Source: Thermoplasmata archaeon
GTDB taxonomy: Archaea; Thermoplasmatota; Thermoplasmata; Lutacidiplasmatales; UBA184
Direction: 5' to 3'
NCBI GenBank assembly: GCA_022749895.1
Contig: JAKIWS010000001.1
Span: forward strand, 7,891-71,890
Length of the DNA stretch: 64,000 nucleotides
Of this stretch, positions 17,823-26,424 are shown piece by piece. Each line of letters begins with the position of its first letter. The first letter of the stretch is position 1. The position numbers and the translations under genes were made by a program. A model generated the notes under the pieces. That model saw only the letters and a program-made list of their open reading frames with translations. It was not told where the DNA came from and did not search any database.

Positions 17823-17968
17823 AGCGAGCCCCCTCCCATCTCAACGACGACCGAGCCGCCATGACGGGGCTAACCCGACGTCGGATCGACCGTGGACCAT
17901 CGACCGCCGCGTCGACCCGCTCTGGGCCGTCCCGTTCTCGACGGGCGCGCCCCCGGTGACCCTTCACG

Positions 17969-18532
17969 ATGGTCGAATATCCGAACCCCGTCGTCAAATC
18001 CGTCCTCGCCCGCGACGTGATCCCGTTCGTGCCGGTCTGGTTGTTCGGGATCGTCATCGCGGCCGTGCTCGACGCCTTTCGTGTCGACAACCAGGGCCTG
18101 CCGGTCGCCACCTTCTTTGAGTTCGCCGTGGTCTACTCGGCGGTCGTTCTCGCCCTGGGGTTCGGCCTCTTCTACCGCCACTTCCGTAGCTGCCCGGCGA
18201 CGATCAAGATCGACGTCGACGGGCTCACCGGCTACGTACCCCGCTCGTCGGGAACCCCCGAGAAGTCGGTGCCCGTCACGTTCCCGTACTCCTCGTTCCA
18301 CTCGATCACCGGTGGGGGGTTCTTCGGCCCCAGGGTCGTCGCCCGGAACGTCGAGGAGGGGACCGACGGGAAGCCGCGACGATGGGACTTCCTGCACCTC
18401 ACCTCTGCCAACGCCGCCCGGGTCGCGGCGGCGTATCGCGCCTGGATGGCCCGGGAAGGATCCGACCCCGGCGGCGGGACGCCCGGAGCCATCGTTCCAA
18501 CCCCGGCGGCTGGGAGCCGCCAGCAAAGCTAA
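17969..18532 (+). CDS. Hypothetical membrane protein (2 TM + PH-like soluble domain)
   Basis: Two hydrophobic helices (FVPVWLFGIVIAAVL; FFEFAVVYSAVVLALGFGLFY) followed by a soluble domain. Confidence 0.45.
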   Translation: MVEYPNPVVKSVLARDVIPFVPVWLFGIVIAAVLDAFRVDNQGLPVATFFEFAVVYSAVVLALGFGLFYRHFRSCPATIKIDVDGLTGYVPRSSGTPEKSVPVTFPYSSFHSITGGGFFGPRVVARNVEEGTDGKPRRWDFLHLTSANAARVAAAYRAWMAREGSDPGGGTPGAIVPTPAAGSRQQS

Positions 18533-18549
18533 ATGGGCGAACCACGCAC

Positions 18550-19272
18550 ATGATGCGTGTGCATCCACGCGCATTCGCCCGCCGCCGGCCGCGTCGTGGA
18601 GTTTCGAACATCATCGCGGTCGTTCTGATCACCGCGATGACGGTCGCCGCCGGGGCGATCCTCTGGGCGTTCCGGTTCAACCTTCCCTCGCAGCCGGTCT
18701 CCATCGAGTACGTCGCCGAGGGCGACCAGGTCGAGCCGGCGTGGAGCGACCCGACCGACTGCAGCAACACCACGATCTACGCGGCGTGCGACTTCCTCCC
18801 GGCGATCTTCATCATTTTCACCGAGCATTCGCCGCAGAACATCCCGCTGACCGCGCTGCAGATGACCTTCGTCTGCAACCAGACCGTCCTGCTCCAAGCG
18901 ACGTTCAAGGCGCTCGAGGTCATTCCCGGCACCGGTTCGAACCCCGGGGTCGGCGCCCCCAAGATCCAGAATTGCGGCTCGTGGTCGTGGGGTTCCGGGC
19001 AGGGCTACACCGGTTCGTACTTCAACCGTCTTCTGTACTTCCAGCAGGTCAAGCCCAACCTGCCGGTCCTCTCGAGCGGGGACGTCTTTGTCGTCTACAT
19101 CCACCCCCCGAACAACTTCTGCGACCGGCAGGGTCATTGCCCGGACGACGACTACCACGGCGTCCCGATCTGGTGTTTCGCCGTACCCGGAGCCTGTACC
19201 ATCTATCTCTCGTACACCCAGAGCCCGGTCACGCTGATCGCCACGATCCCGTTCACGCAGATCGAAGCATAG
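18550..19272 (+). CDS. Archaeal type IV pilin-like protein (class III signal peptide, DUF1628-type N-terminus)
   Basis: MMRVHPRAFARRRPRRGVSNIIAVVLITAMTVAAGAILWAF shows a basic n-region, RG|VS and a hydrophobic helix typical of prepilin-peptidase substrates. The mature part is Cys-rich. The start is reset from 18382 to ATG 18550. Confidence 0.7.
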   Translation: MMRVHPRAFARRRPRRGVSNIIAVVLITAMTVAAGAILWAFRFNLPSQPVSIEYVAEGDQVEPAWSDPTDCSNTTIYAACDFLPAIFIIFTEHSPQNIPLTALQMTFVCNQTVLLQATFKALEVIPGTGSNPGVGAPKIQNCGSWSWGSGQGYTGSYFNRLLYFQQVKPNLPVLSSGDVFVVYIHPPNNFCDRQGHCPDDDYHGVPIWCFAVPGACTIYLSYTQSPVTLIATIPFTQIEA

Positions 19273-19443
19273 CGGACCCTCCCGGGGGGGTCGGCCGCGA
19301 TCCGAGCCGGTCCTCGAGGGGGACCCCCGGGGAGATGCGGGAATGGGCATCACCCTCCCTGCCCGGGCAACCCGAGACGAGGGGCATGTTTCGGCATGTG
19401 CTTTCAAATACGTATCCCTACATGGGGCCCCCGAGGTCCCCCG

Positions 19444-20961
19444 TTGCTAGCAACTCGACCCGCGATCCGGTCTCTCGGCGGTGCCGCACTATTCCTGGGA
19501 TTGGTCATGATCCTGACGCCCATCTCCGCCGGGACGCATCCCGGCGCGAGCGCGCCCTCCGCGGTTCGAGGGACGCCGGCCGCTCCGAGTGAAAGCGCCG
19601 GGGCCGTCTTCGCGGGCAGTACGGGTCAGATGGCGCTTCGAGCGGTCACGTCTCCGTTGAGCTCCACGACGGCCGATTCAGCCTCGCTGGCGGCTCACAC
19701 GGCGCCGCTTTCCGGTGGCGGCGTAACCGTGGGGACCCATTTCCCCGGGATCAGCTCTGCGAACAGCAGCTGCGGCTGCGCCCCGCCGGACATTCAGGTC
19801 GCCGTCGGGCCTTCGCATGTCGTGGAGATGGTGAACCTCGAGGGCAAGGTCTGGACCAAGGCCGGGGTCGTGAAGAGCTCGTTCACCCTCGCGACCTTCT
19901 TCGCCACCGGCACGGATTTCACCTCCGACCCGAAGGTGATCTGGGACAATCTCTCGAGCCGCTGGATCGCTACGCTCCTGGACGTCACGACCGGCAACAT
20001 CCATGTCGCGATGTCGAAGACCAGCAGCCCGCTCGCTGGCTGGAACGTGTATACGTTGGGCAGCGCCCCGTCGGGCGACTTCCCCGACCAGCCGATCCTC
20101 GGCGTCAGCAGCGATCTCGTCGTGATCGGGGGCAACGACTACGTCACCGCGACTAGCGCCTTCGTCGGCGGTCAGGTGTGGGCGTTGAACAAGAGCACGA
20201 TGTTGACCGGCGCGCTCACGTACTACAACTTCTTCGGTCCCCATGCGTACTGGTTCTCGATGCACCCGGTGCACTCGATCAGCGCGACGATGAAGGCGTA
20301 CCTCGTCATGGGGTCCGGCTCGAGCTCCGTCAAGGTCTTCTCCATCACGGGGAAGCCTGGGGCCACGACCCACGCGACGCTCTCGGCGGCGACGACGCTC
20401 GCCGTGACCGCGTTCAGCGCCCCCCCGGCCGCGCCGCAAAAGGGGACGGTCAAGAAGATCGACACCTCCGACACCCGGATGCAGGACGCCGTCTGGAAGG
20501 CGGGCGTGCTCTGGCTCACGTTCGATACGGGTTGCATCCCCACCGGGGACGCCACGACGCGGTCGTGCGTGCGCCTTATCCAGCTCTCGACCGTCGGACC
20601 GCCGTCGGTCGTCCAGGAGTTCAACCTCGCGAAGTACCACACGTACCTGTTCTACGGCGCGCTCGCGATGGACGGCGCGTCGAACGTGGTCGTCGCCTAC
20701 GGCTACTCGAACGGCACCGTCTACCCGTCGTTCGCCGTGACGGCCCATCTCGCCGGTTCGCCGCTGGGCTCGCTCTTGCCGAGCGTCACCCTCGTCACCG
20801 GAACGGCGTCCGCGACGGTCGCCTGCACGTTCGGGGTCTGTCGGTGGGGCGACTACTACGGCGCCGGCGCGGACCCGTCGAGCCCGAACATCTGGATCGC
20901 GGGCGAGTACGCTACGACGACCACCCACTGGTCGACGTGGATCTCCCAGGTGCGCGCGTAA
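19444..20961 (+). CDS. Secreted protein, probable beta-propeller (sialidase-fold-like)
   Basis: The TTG at 19444 gives a signal peptide, M-LATRPAIRSLGGAALFLGLVMILTPISAG. The C-terminal RWGDYYGAGADPSSPNIWIAGEY motif is typical of propeller families. The alternative start at 19396 cannot be excluded. Confidence 0.6.
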   Translation: MLATRPAIRSLGGAALFLGLVMILTPISAGTHPGASAPSAVRGTPAAPSESAGAVFAGSTGQMALRAVTSPLSSTTADSASLAAHTAPLSGGGVTVGTHFPGISSANSSCGCAPPDIQVAVGPSHVVEMVNLEGKVWTKAGVVKSSFTLATFFATGTDFTSDPKVIWDNLSSRWIATLLDVTTGNIHVAMSKTSSPLAGWNVYTLGSAPSGDFPDQPILGVSSDLVVIGGNDYVTATSAFVGGQVWALNKSTMLTGALTYYNFFGPHAYWFSMHPVHSISATMKAYLVMGSGSSSVKVFSITGKPGATTHATLSAATTLAVTAFSAPPAAPQKGTVKKIDTSDTRMQDAVWKAGVLWLTFDTGCIPTGDATTRSCVRLIQLSTVGPPSVVQEFNLAKYHTYLFYGALAMDGASNVVVAYGYSNGTVYPSFAVTAHLAGSPLGSLLPSVTLVTGTASATVACTFGVCRWGDYYGAGADPSSPNIWIAGEYATTTTHWSTWISQVRA

Positions 20962-21237
20962 CGGCGCCGGGGCCGCTCCCGGGGCCCCTCCGGGCCGAAC
21001 ATCGACTGCGAGGCGGGGGCGCCGCCGGCACGAGCTCGGCGGCGAGCCCGGGGTCGGATCGACGCACGATCGAGTCAGGGATCACGAGGAACTCGGCCGA
21101 ATCGAAGGCCGCGCTCGTGCCCCACGGGGGGAGAAGGTCGACGGAGATTTCGCTGCCGTTCCGGTCGAGCGGAGGGGCCGACTCGGGGGGACGCCGGCAA
21201 CCTCCCGGCCCCTCCGCAAGGCGCCGATCTTCTCGGA

Positions 21238-21744
21238 TCAGTCTCGACGGGGGGGAAGGCGGGAGACGATCTCGCGGACGACGTCGTCGGGAGGGCGCGT
21301 CGCATCGATGCCGATCCCCCAGTCGAACCGCGTGGTTTTGGCATACACCTGCGCGGCGGCCCGAGCGCCGTGCGGCGACGCCCGCCGGCGATCGCGCTCC
21401 ACGCAGACCTCGAGGGGTGCCTTCAACGTGAAATCGAAGTGCCGGGGCGGAAGGCGGCGGATCAGATCCTCGATCTGGCGCTTCCAGTAGAAGTTGCCGT
21501 CGAAGATCACGGCGGTGCCTCTTCGCAGATAGGCTCGGGCCGCCTCGACGGCGAACTTGTTGGCCCGGAGGAACTCCGAAAGCCGCCCTTCAACCCAGAG
21601 GCCCTGCCCGTCGAGGATCCGGTCGATCGAGATGCGCGCGCCCCCGATCGCCCTCGCCAATCGTTCCGAGACCTCGGTCTTTCCGACCCCGAGCGGCCCT
21701 CGGATGATGACGAAGAAGGCCGGGGTCGGGTTCGGGCGGGTCAG
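21238..21744 (-). CDS. P-loop NTPase/kinase (AAA_33-like); the N-terminus has no canonical start codon (CTG at 21744 proposed)
   Basis: Walker A FFVIIRGPLGVGKT is encoded at about 21676-21717, upstream of the first ATG/GTG/TTG (TTG at 21660). The frame is open back to a TGA at 21784-21786. Confidence 0.5.
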   Translation of the reverse strand: MTRPNPTPAFFVIIRGPLGVGKTEVSERLARAIGGARISIDRILDGQGLWVEGRLSEFLRANKFAVEAARAYLRRGTAVIFDGNFYWKRQIEDLIRRLPPRHFDFTLKAPLEVCVERDRRRASPHGARAAAQVYAKTTRFDWGIGIDATRPPDDVVREIVSRLPPRRD

Positions 21745-21765
21745 GTCATCCTCCCACGACGGTGA

Positions 21766-21774
21766 GCTTTTAGC
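21766..21774. promoter_or_regulatory. Candidate shared (bidirectional) TATA element
   Basis: GCTTTTAGC is centred 26 nt from the ATG at 21796 (+) and 26 nt from the CTG at 21744 (-). Confidence 0.3.
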
Positions 21775-21795
21775 CCCCGGTCCTCATGCACATCC

Positions 21796-22554
21796 ATGCG
21801 TCTCCTACGATTGGCGTGGATGGGTCCCGTCGCCCTGTTCGTCCTCGCCCTGGTGCCGGTCGCCGCGGCCGGGGCCCCGGTCCACGGCCTGGTCACCAAC
21901 TGCACCTCGACCGTGACATGCAAGTTCGTGTTCAATACGTCGGCCGGCACCGGCTGGGCCTCGACGACGAGCAAGGGCCTGTCGTTCCAGCTCCCCGGCG
22001 AAGCCAAGGCCTCGTACAATCTCAGCTACTCCACCTACATCGGGTCGCTCATCGGCACCTACACGTACTGGACGGTCGGCCACTTCCTCGGCACGGATGT
22101 GAACACTGGAAAGGTCGTCTACGGGGTCACCGACACGAACTTCACGATCACCTGCCACGGCCACAGCGGCCGGGGTGGGGGCTGCACCTACACCTACACC
22201 ACGGACAACGGAACGATCGTCTTCCACTTCACGACGGCGGAGCTCACCTCCACCTCCGTATCGTGCAGCCCGTCGAGCATCCCCGTCGCCGGCACGACGA
22301 CCTGCACGGCCAAGGTCAGCGACCTGTGGAACAGCTCCCACATCGTCGCCGGGAAGGTCCATCTCTCCGGCGGCGGGCTGGGGACCATGTCGAACCACGG
22401 GATCTGCACGCTCGTCGCGGGCCAGTGCGCCCTCAAGTGGACCGCGGCGGACAATACCGTCGGATACGTCGCGATTTCGGCGACCTACCTGGGTAGCTCC
22501 GTGTTCTACACGAGCGGAAGTTCGACCACGGTCACTGTGACGGGCGGAGACTGA
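21796..22554 (+). CDS. Secreted Cys-rich protein with C-terminal Ig-like domain
   Basis: Signal peptide MRLLRLAWMGPVALFVLALVPVAAAGAP. There are multiple Cys pairs and N-x-S/T sequons. The Ig-like segment reads TSTSVSCSPSSIPVAGTTTCTAKVSD. Confidence 0.6.
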   Translation: MRLLRLAWMGPVALFVLALVPVAAAGAPVHGLVTNCTSTVTCKFVFNTSAGTGWASTTSKGLSFQLPGEAKASYNLSYSTYIGSLIGTYTYWTVGHFLGTDVNTGKVVYGVTDTNFTITCHGHSGRGGGCTYTYTTDNGTIVFHFTTAELTSTSVSCSPSSIPVAGTTTCTAKVSDLWNSSHIVAGKVHLSGGGLGTMSNHGICTLVAGQCALKWTAADNTVGYVAISATYLGSSVFYTSGSSTTVTVTGGD

Positions 22555-22696
22555 GCGCCGGCCCCCCGATATCACGGCGCGATCGGATCGAGCTCCGGTC
22601 CGGCCCCCCTCGGCCACCCCCCCTCGAGGGAGGGCGCGGTTTCCGGGGGGGTGGAACTGCTTTCCGCACTCCCGGCGATTCCGTCGGATGACTCCA

Positions 22697-22705
22697 TTTT
22701 ATATA
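22697..22705 (+). promoter_or_regulatory. TATA box of the thermosome gene
   Basis: TTTTATATA is the strongest AT box in the window, about 35-40 nt upstream of the ATG at 22739. Confidence 0.55.
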
Positions 22706-22738
22706 GAAGAGCAAGTTAGCTCCCGGCGGTGAGCCAGC

Positions 22739-24364
22739 ATGATGCAGGGAACGCCGATCTTCATCCTCAAGGAAGGAACCGAACGCGACCGTGGCAAGAG
22801 CGCCGCGCACAACAACATCGCCGCCGCCCGCGCGATCGCTGACGCGGTCCGTACGACCCTCGGTCCCCGGGGGATGGACAAGATGTTGGTCGACTCGATG
22901 GGCGACATCACCATCACGAACGACGGCGTCACCATCCTCAAGGAAGTCGACGTCGAGCACCCGGCGGCCAAGATGATCGTCGAGGTCGCGAAGACCCAGG
23001 ACCAGCAGTGCGGCGACGGAACGACCACCGCGGTCGTCCTCGCCGGCGAGCTCCTCAAGCGGGCCGAGGGCCTCCTCGACCAGAGCATCCACCCCACCGT
23101 CATCGTCCGCGGCTACCAGATCGCCGTCGAGGAAGGCATGCGCCTGCTCGACAAGGAGATCGGCACCAAGGTCACCCCGGGCGACGAGAAGATCCTGCAC
23201 GACGTCGCGATGACCGCGATGGGCTCCAAGGGCGTCTACGGTTCGCGCGACGAGCTCGCGGACATCGCCGTCAAGGCCGTCACGAAGATCGTCGAGAAGC
23301 GCGGCGACCGCACCATCGCCGACGTCGACCAGATCAAGGTCGAGAAGCGGCACGGCGGGACCATCAAGGACACGAGCCTCATCGACGGCATCGTCGTCGA
23401 CAAGGAGCGCGGCCACCCCCGCATGCCGAAGATCGTCCACGGCGCGAAGATCGCGCTCTTGAACTCCGCCCTCGAGATCAAGAAGACCGAGATCGAGAGC
23501 AAGATCAACATCAAGAACCCGAGCCAGATCCAGAGCTTCCTCGACGAGGAAGACCACTCGTTCCGCCGGATGGTCGAGGCCGTGAAGGCGTCGGGCGCGA
23601 ACGTCGTCGTCGCCCAGAAGGGGATCGACGACGTCGTGCTCCATTACCTCTCGAAGGAGGGGATCTTCGCGATCAAGCAGGTCAAGGAGTCCGACCTCCA
23701 GAAGATCGGCCGCGCGACCGGCGCGAAGGTCGTGACCGGCATCAAGGAGCTCTCGGCGAGCGACCTCGGCTGGGCCGAGCTGGTGGAGGAGAAGAAGGTC
23801 GGGGACGAGGACATGACGTTCATCACCGGCTGCAAGAACCCCCGCTCCGTCTCGATCCTGATCCGCGGCGGCACCGAGCACGTGACGCAAGAGGTCGAGC
23901 GCGCGCTCGAGGACGCCCTCAAGGTCGTCGCGAGCGTCATCGAGGACGGCGTCGTCTGCCCCGGTGGCGGCGCGACGGAGATCGACCTCGCGGTCAAGCT
24001 CCGACGCTTCGCCCCGACGGTCGGCGGCCGCGAGCAGCTCGCGGTCGAGGCGTTCGCCCAGTCGCTGGAATCCGTCCCGTGGGCGCTCGCCGAGAACGGC
24101 GGGTTCGACACGATCAACACGCTCATCGACCTCCGCGGCGCGCACGACGGGGCCAACGCCAACAAGAACGTCGGCGTGAACCTGGTCGACGGCAAGGTCG
24201 CCGACATGTGGAAGCTCCACGTCGTCGAGCCCGCGCGCGTCAAGCGCCAGGCGCTCTCCTCCGCGGCCGAGGTCGCGGGGATGGTGCTCCGGATCGATGA
24301 CGTGATCGCGTCCAAGAAGAGCGGCGGCTCCCCGCCCTCGCCGGGCGGGGGCCACGACCACTAG
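22739..24364 (+). CDS. ths: Thermosome subunit (group II chaperonin)
   Basis: LGPRGMDKMLVD, ITNDGVTIL, GDGTTTAVVLAGELL, VVCPGGGATE motifs. Confidence 0.96.
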   Translation: MMQGTPIFILKEGTERDRGKSAAHNNIAAARAIADAVRTTLGPRGMDKMLVDSMGDITITNDGVTILKEVDVEHPAAKMIVEVAKTQDQQCGDGTTTAVVLAGELLKRAEGLLDQSIHPTVIVRGYQIAVEEGMRLLDKEIGTKVTPGDEKILHDVAMTAMGSKGVYGSRDELADIAVKAVTKIVEKRGDRTIADVDQIKVEKRHGGTIKDTSLIDGIVVDKERGHPRMPKIVHGAKIALLNSALEIKKTEIESKINIKNPSQIQSFLDEEDHSFRRMVEAVKASGANVVVAQKGIDDVVLHYLSKEGIFAIKQVKESDLQKIGRATGAKVVTGIKELSASDLGWAELVEEKKVGDEDMTFITGCKNPRSVSILIRGGTEHVTQEVERALEDALKVVASVIEDGVVCPGGGATEIDLAVKLRRFAPTVGGREQLAVEAFAQSLESVPWALAENGGFDTINTLIDLRGAHDGANANKNVGVNLVDGKVADMWKLHVVEPARVKRQALSSAAEVAGMVLRIDDVIASKKSGGSPPSPGGGHDH

Positions 24365-24389
24365 ACCGTCGCCCCTAACCGTTCCCGGA

Positions 24390-24415
24390 CCACCGAGGGA
24401 CGATCCTCTCGGTGG
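24390..24415 (+). terminator. Hairpin downstream of the thermosome gene (possible terminator or processing signal)
   Basis: CCACCGAG ... CTCGGTGG is an 8-bp stem with extra inner pairs, 26 nt after the stop. Confidence 0.25.
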
Positions 24416-24454
24416 TCGATGCCTTCATAATGCGGCCGGGGTAGCGCGCATCCC

Positions 24455-24853
24455 ATGCGCACGAAGCAGGTCGACGGCGTCCTACGCATGGACGTCGTGA
24501 CCCTGGACCCGCGTCCCGCGATCTACCTCGCGTACGACGGCCTCGGGGGCCTCTCCCAGCGACCGCTCCTCCGGGACATCGTCGAAGAGCTCCAGCGGAA
24601 GGGGACGGCCGTGCTGACCAGCTTCCTGGACGCCCTGAAACGCCACCGCTCCGGGATGGTCCACGTCTACTTCGCGGACTTCGTGAGCTACGGCATCGGG
24701 GGCGGGGACGCGACCGCCGAGTTCTTCTTCGGCACCTTCCTCATGATGCACCAGGCGCCGCGCAACGCGCCGACCGGCGCCGAGCCCGAGCAGCTGCTCC
24801 TGATCCGGCCCGCCGGGATCGAGCGGCTCCCGCTCGAAGGCGTCGTCAACTAG
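24455..24853 (+). CDS. Hypothetical protein
   Basis: 132-aa ORF with good codon bias. TTCATAAT lies 24-31 nt upstream of the ATG. I recognise no motif. Confidence 0.4.
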   Translation: MRTKQVDGVLRMDVVTLDPRPAIYLAYDGLGGLSQRPLLRDIVEELQRKGTAVLTSFLDALKRHRSGMVHVYFADFVSYGIGGGDATAEFFFGTFLMMHQAPRNAPTGAEPEQLLLIRPAGIERLPLEGVVN

Positions 24854-24927
24854 CCCCCGCGGGCTCGCGCGCGCCAGCGGCTTTTTCTCTCCGCAGCACT
24901 CGTCCGCCGTTCGGTGGGAGGCGGCGG

Positions 24928-26418
24928 GTGGCCGAAAGCGACGAGTCCCACCTGATCCGGGAGCGGCGCGCGAAGGTCGAGCAGCTCCGGGCGGCGGGCG
25001 TCGAACCGTACCCGTGGTCGTTTCCCGGCCGGCGCGCGACGGCGGAGGTCGTCGCCGCGTGCGGCGGCCGGACACCGGGGGATGAGTCCTCCCCTCCCGA
25101 GTTCACGGTCGCGGGCCGGATCCGGGCGATCCGGAGCCACGGGGGAACGGCGTTCGTCGACCTCGACGACCTCAGCGGCCCGCTCCAGTTGATCCTTCGG
25201 CGGAACGACCTCGGCGACACGCTCTACGACCGGTCGCTCGCCGTGCTCGACCCGGGCGACCTCGTCGGGGCGCGGGGTGGGGCGATCGTCTCGAAGCGCG
25301 GCGAGCCGTCGCTGCTGGTCGGGCAGGTCGCGCTCCTCGCGAAAGCGATCGCGCCGCCCCCCGAGAAGTTCCACGGCCTCAAGGACGCCGAGACCCGCCT
25401 CCGGCAGCGGTACGTCGACCTGCTCGCGTCCGACGCCACCCGTCAGCGGTTCGTCGCACGGTCGGTCCTGACGCGGGAGGTGCGGAGGTTCCTGGAGGAC
25501 CGAAAGTTCCTGGAGGTCGAGACCCCGACCTTGATCCCGACGGCGTCGGGGGCGAGCGCCCAGCCGTTCGTGACGCACTCGAACTACCTCGACGCTCCCC
25601 TTCAGCTCCGCATCGCGCTCGAGCTCCCTCTGAAGCGGCTCCTCGTCGGGGGCCTCGAGCGGGTCTACGAGATCGGCCGCTGCTTCCGGAACGAGGACCT
25701 GGACGCCACGCACGCGCCCGAGTTCACGATGCTCGAGCTCTACTGGGCGTACGCGGACTACACCGACATGCGCGAACTCGCCGAGCAGCTCTACTCGCAC
25801 CTCGCCCAGCGAGCGCACGCGCTCTGGCCCGACCTTCCCGGTGTCGCGGCGGCGGCGGAAGCGTTCCGTCCGCCGTTCGCCACCGTCGACTTCGTCCGCG
25901 AGCTCGAACGGCGGAGCGGCATCTCCAACCTGCTCGATCTCGACCGGGCCGCCCTCGCCCGACTCGCCCGGGAGGCCGGGGCCACCCTGCCCCCGGACGC
26001 GGGCGCCGGCCGATTCCTCGACAAACTGTTCGAGCATTTCGTCGAACCGACGCTCGTGCGGCCGACGTTCGTGCTCGACCATCCCGTGGCGACGACCCCG
26101 CTCGCGAAGCGCCACCGCTCGCTGCCGGGTCGGGTCGAACGTTTCGAGTTCTTCTACCGGGGCCTCGAGCTCGGGAACGCCTACACCGAGCTCAACGACC
26201 CGGTCGAACAGGAACAACGGTTCGTCGAACAGGCGAGGGGCGCGGGCGCCTCCGAGGAGGCATACGCCTACGACGCGGACTTCGTCGAGGCCCTGCGCTA
26301 CGGGATGCCCCCGGCCGCGGGGTTCGGTCTCGGGATCGACCGCCTCGTGATGGCCCTCCTCGGCGTCGACTCGATCAAGGACGTGATCCTGTTCCCGCAG
26401 GTGCGGGAGCGGGCGTAG
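24928..26418 (+). CDS. lysS: Lysyl-tRNA synthetase, class II
   Basis: GTG start. OB-fold N-domain, then FRNEDLDATHAPEFTMLELYWAY (motif 2 region) and GFGLGIDRLVMAL (motif 3). Confidence 0.92.
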   Translation: MAESDESHLIRERRAKVEQLRAAGVEPYPWSFPGRRATAEVVAACGGRTPGDESSPPEFTVAGRIRAIRSHGGTAFVDLDDLSGPLQLILRRNDLGDTLYDRSLAVLDPGDLVGARGGAIVSKRGEPSLLVGQVALLAKAIAPPPEKFHGLKDAETRLRQRYVDLLASDATRQRFVARSVLTREVRRFLEDRKFLEVETPTLIPTASGASAQPFVTHSNYLDAPLQLRIALELPLKRLLVGGLERVYEIGRCFRNEDLDATHAPEFTMLELYWAYADYTDMRELAEQLYSHLAQRAHALWPDLPGVAAAAEAFRPPFATVDFVRELERRSGISNLLDLDRAALARLAREAGATLPPDAGAGRFLDKLFEHFVEPTLVRPTFVLDHPVATTPLAKRHRSLPGRVERFEFFYRGLELGNAYTELNDPVEQEQRFVEQARGAGASEEAYAYDADFVEALRYGMPPAAGFGLGIDRLVMALLGVDSIKDVILFPQVRERA

Positions 26419-26424
26419 GCGGCG

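Noticed and set aside
18931-18948. A T-arm-like string (CCGGTTCGAACCCCGGGG) that might indicate another tRNA.
   Set aside because: It lies inside the pilin-like CDS (it encodes GTGSNPGVG), and the flanks do not form a cloverleaf.
20962-21237. A 276-nt gap between the secreted propeller gene and the kinase gene, examined for a small gene or RNA (includes part of ORF 21075..21344).
   Set aside because: No frame has a convincing start, motif or structure, and its composition resembles the surrounding GC-rich DNA.
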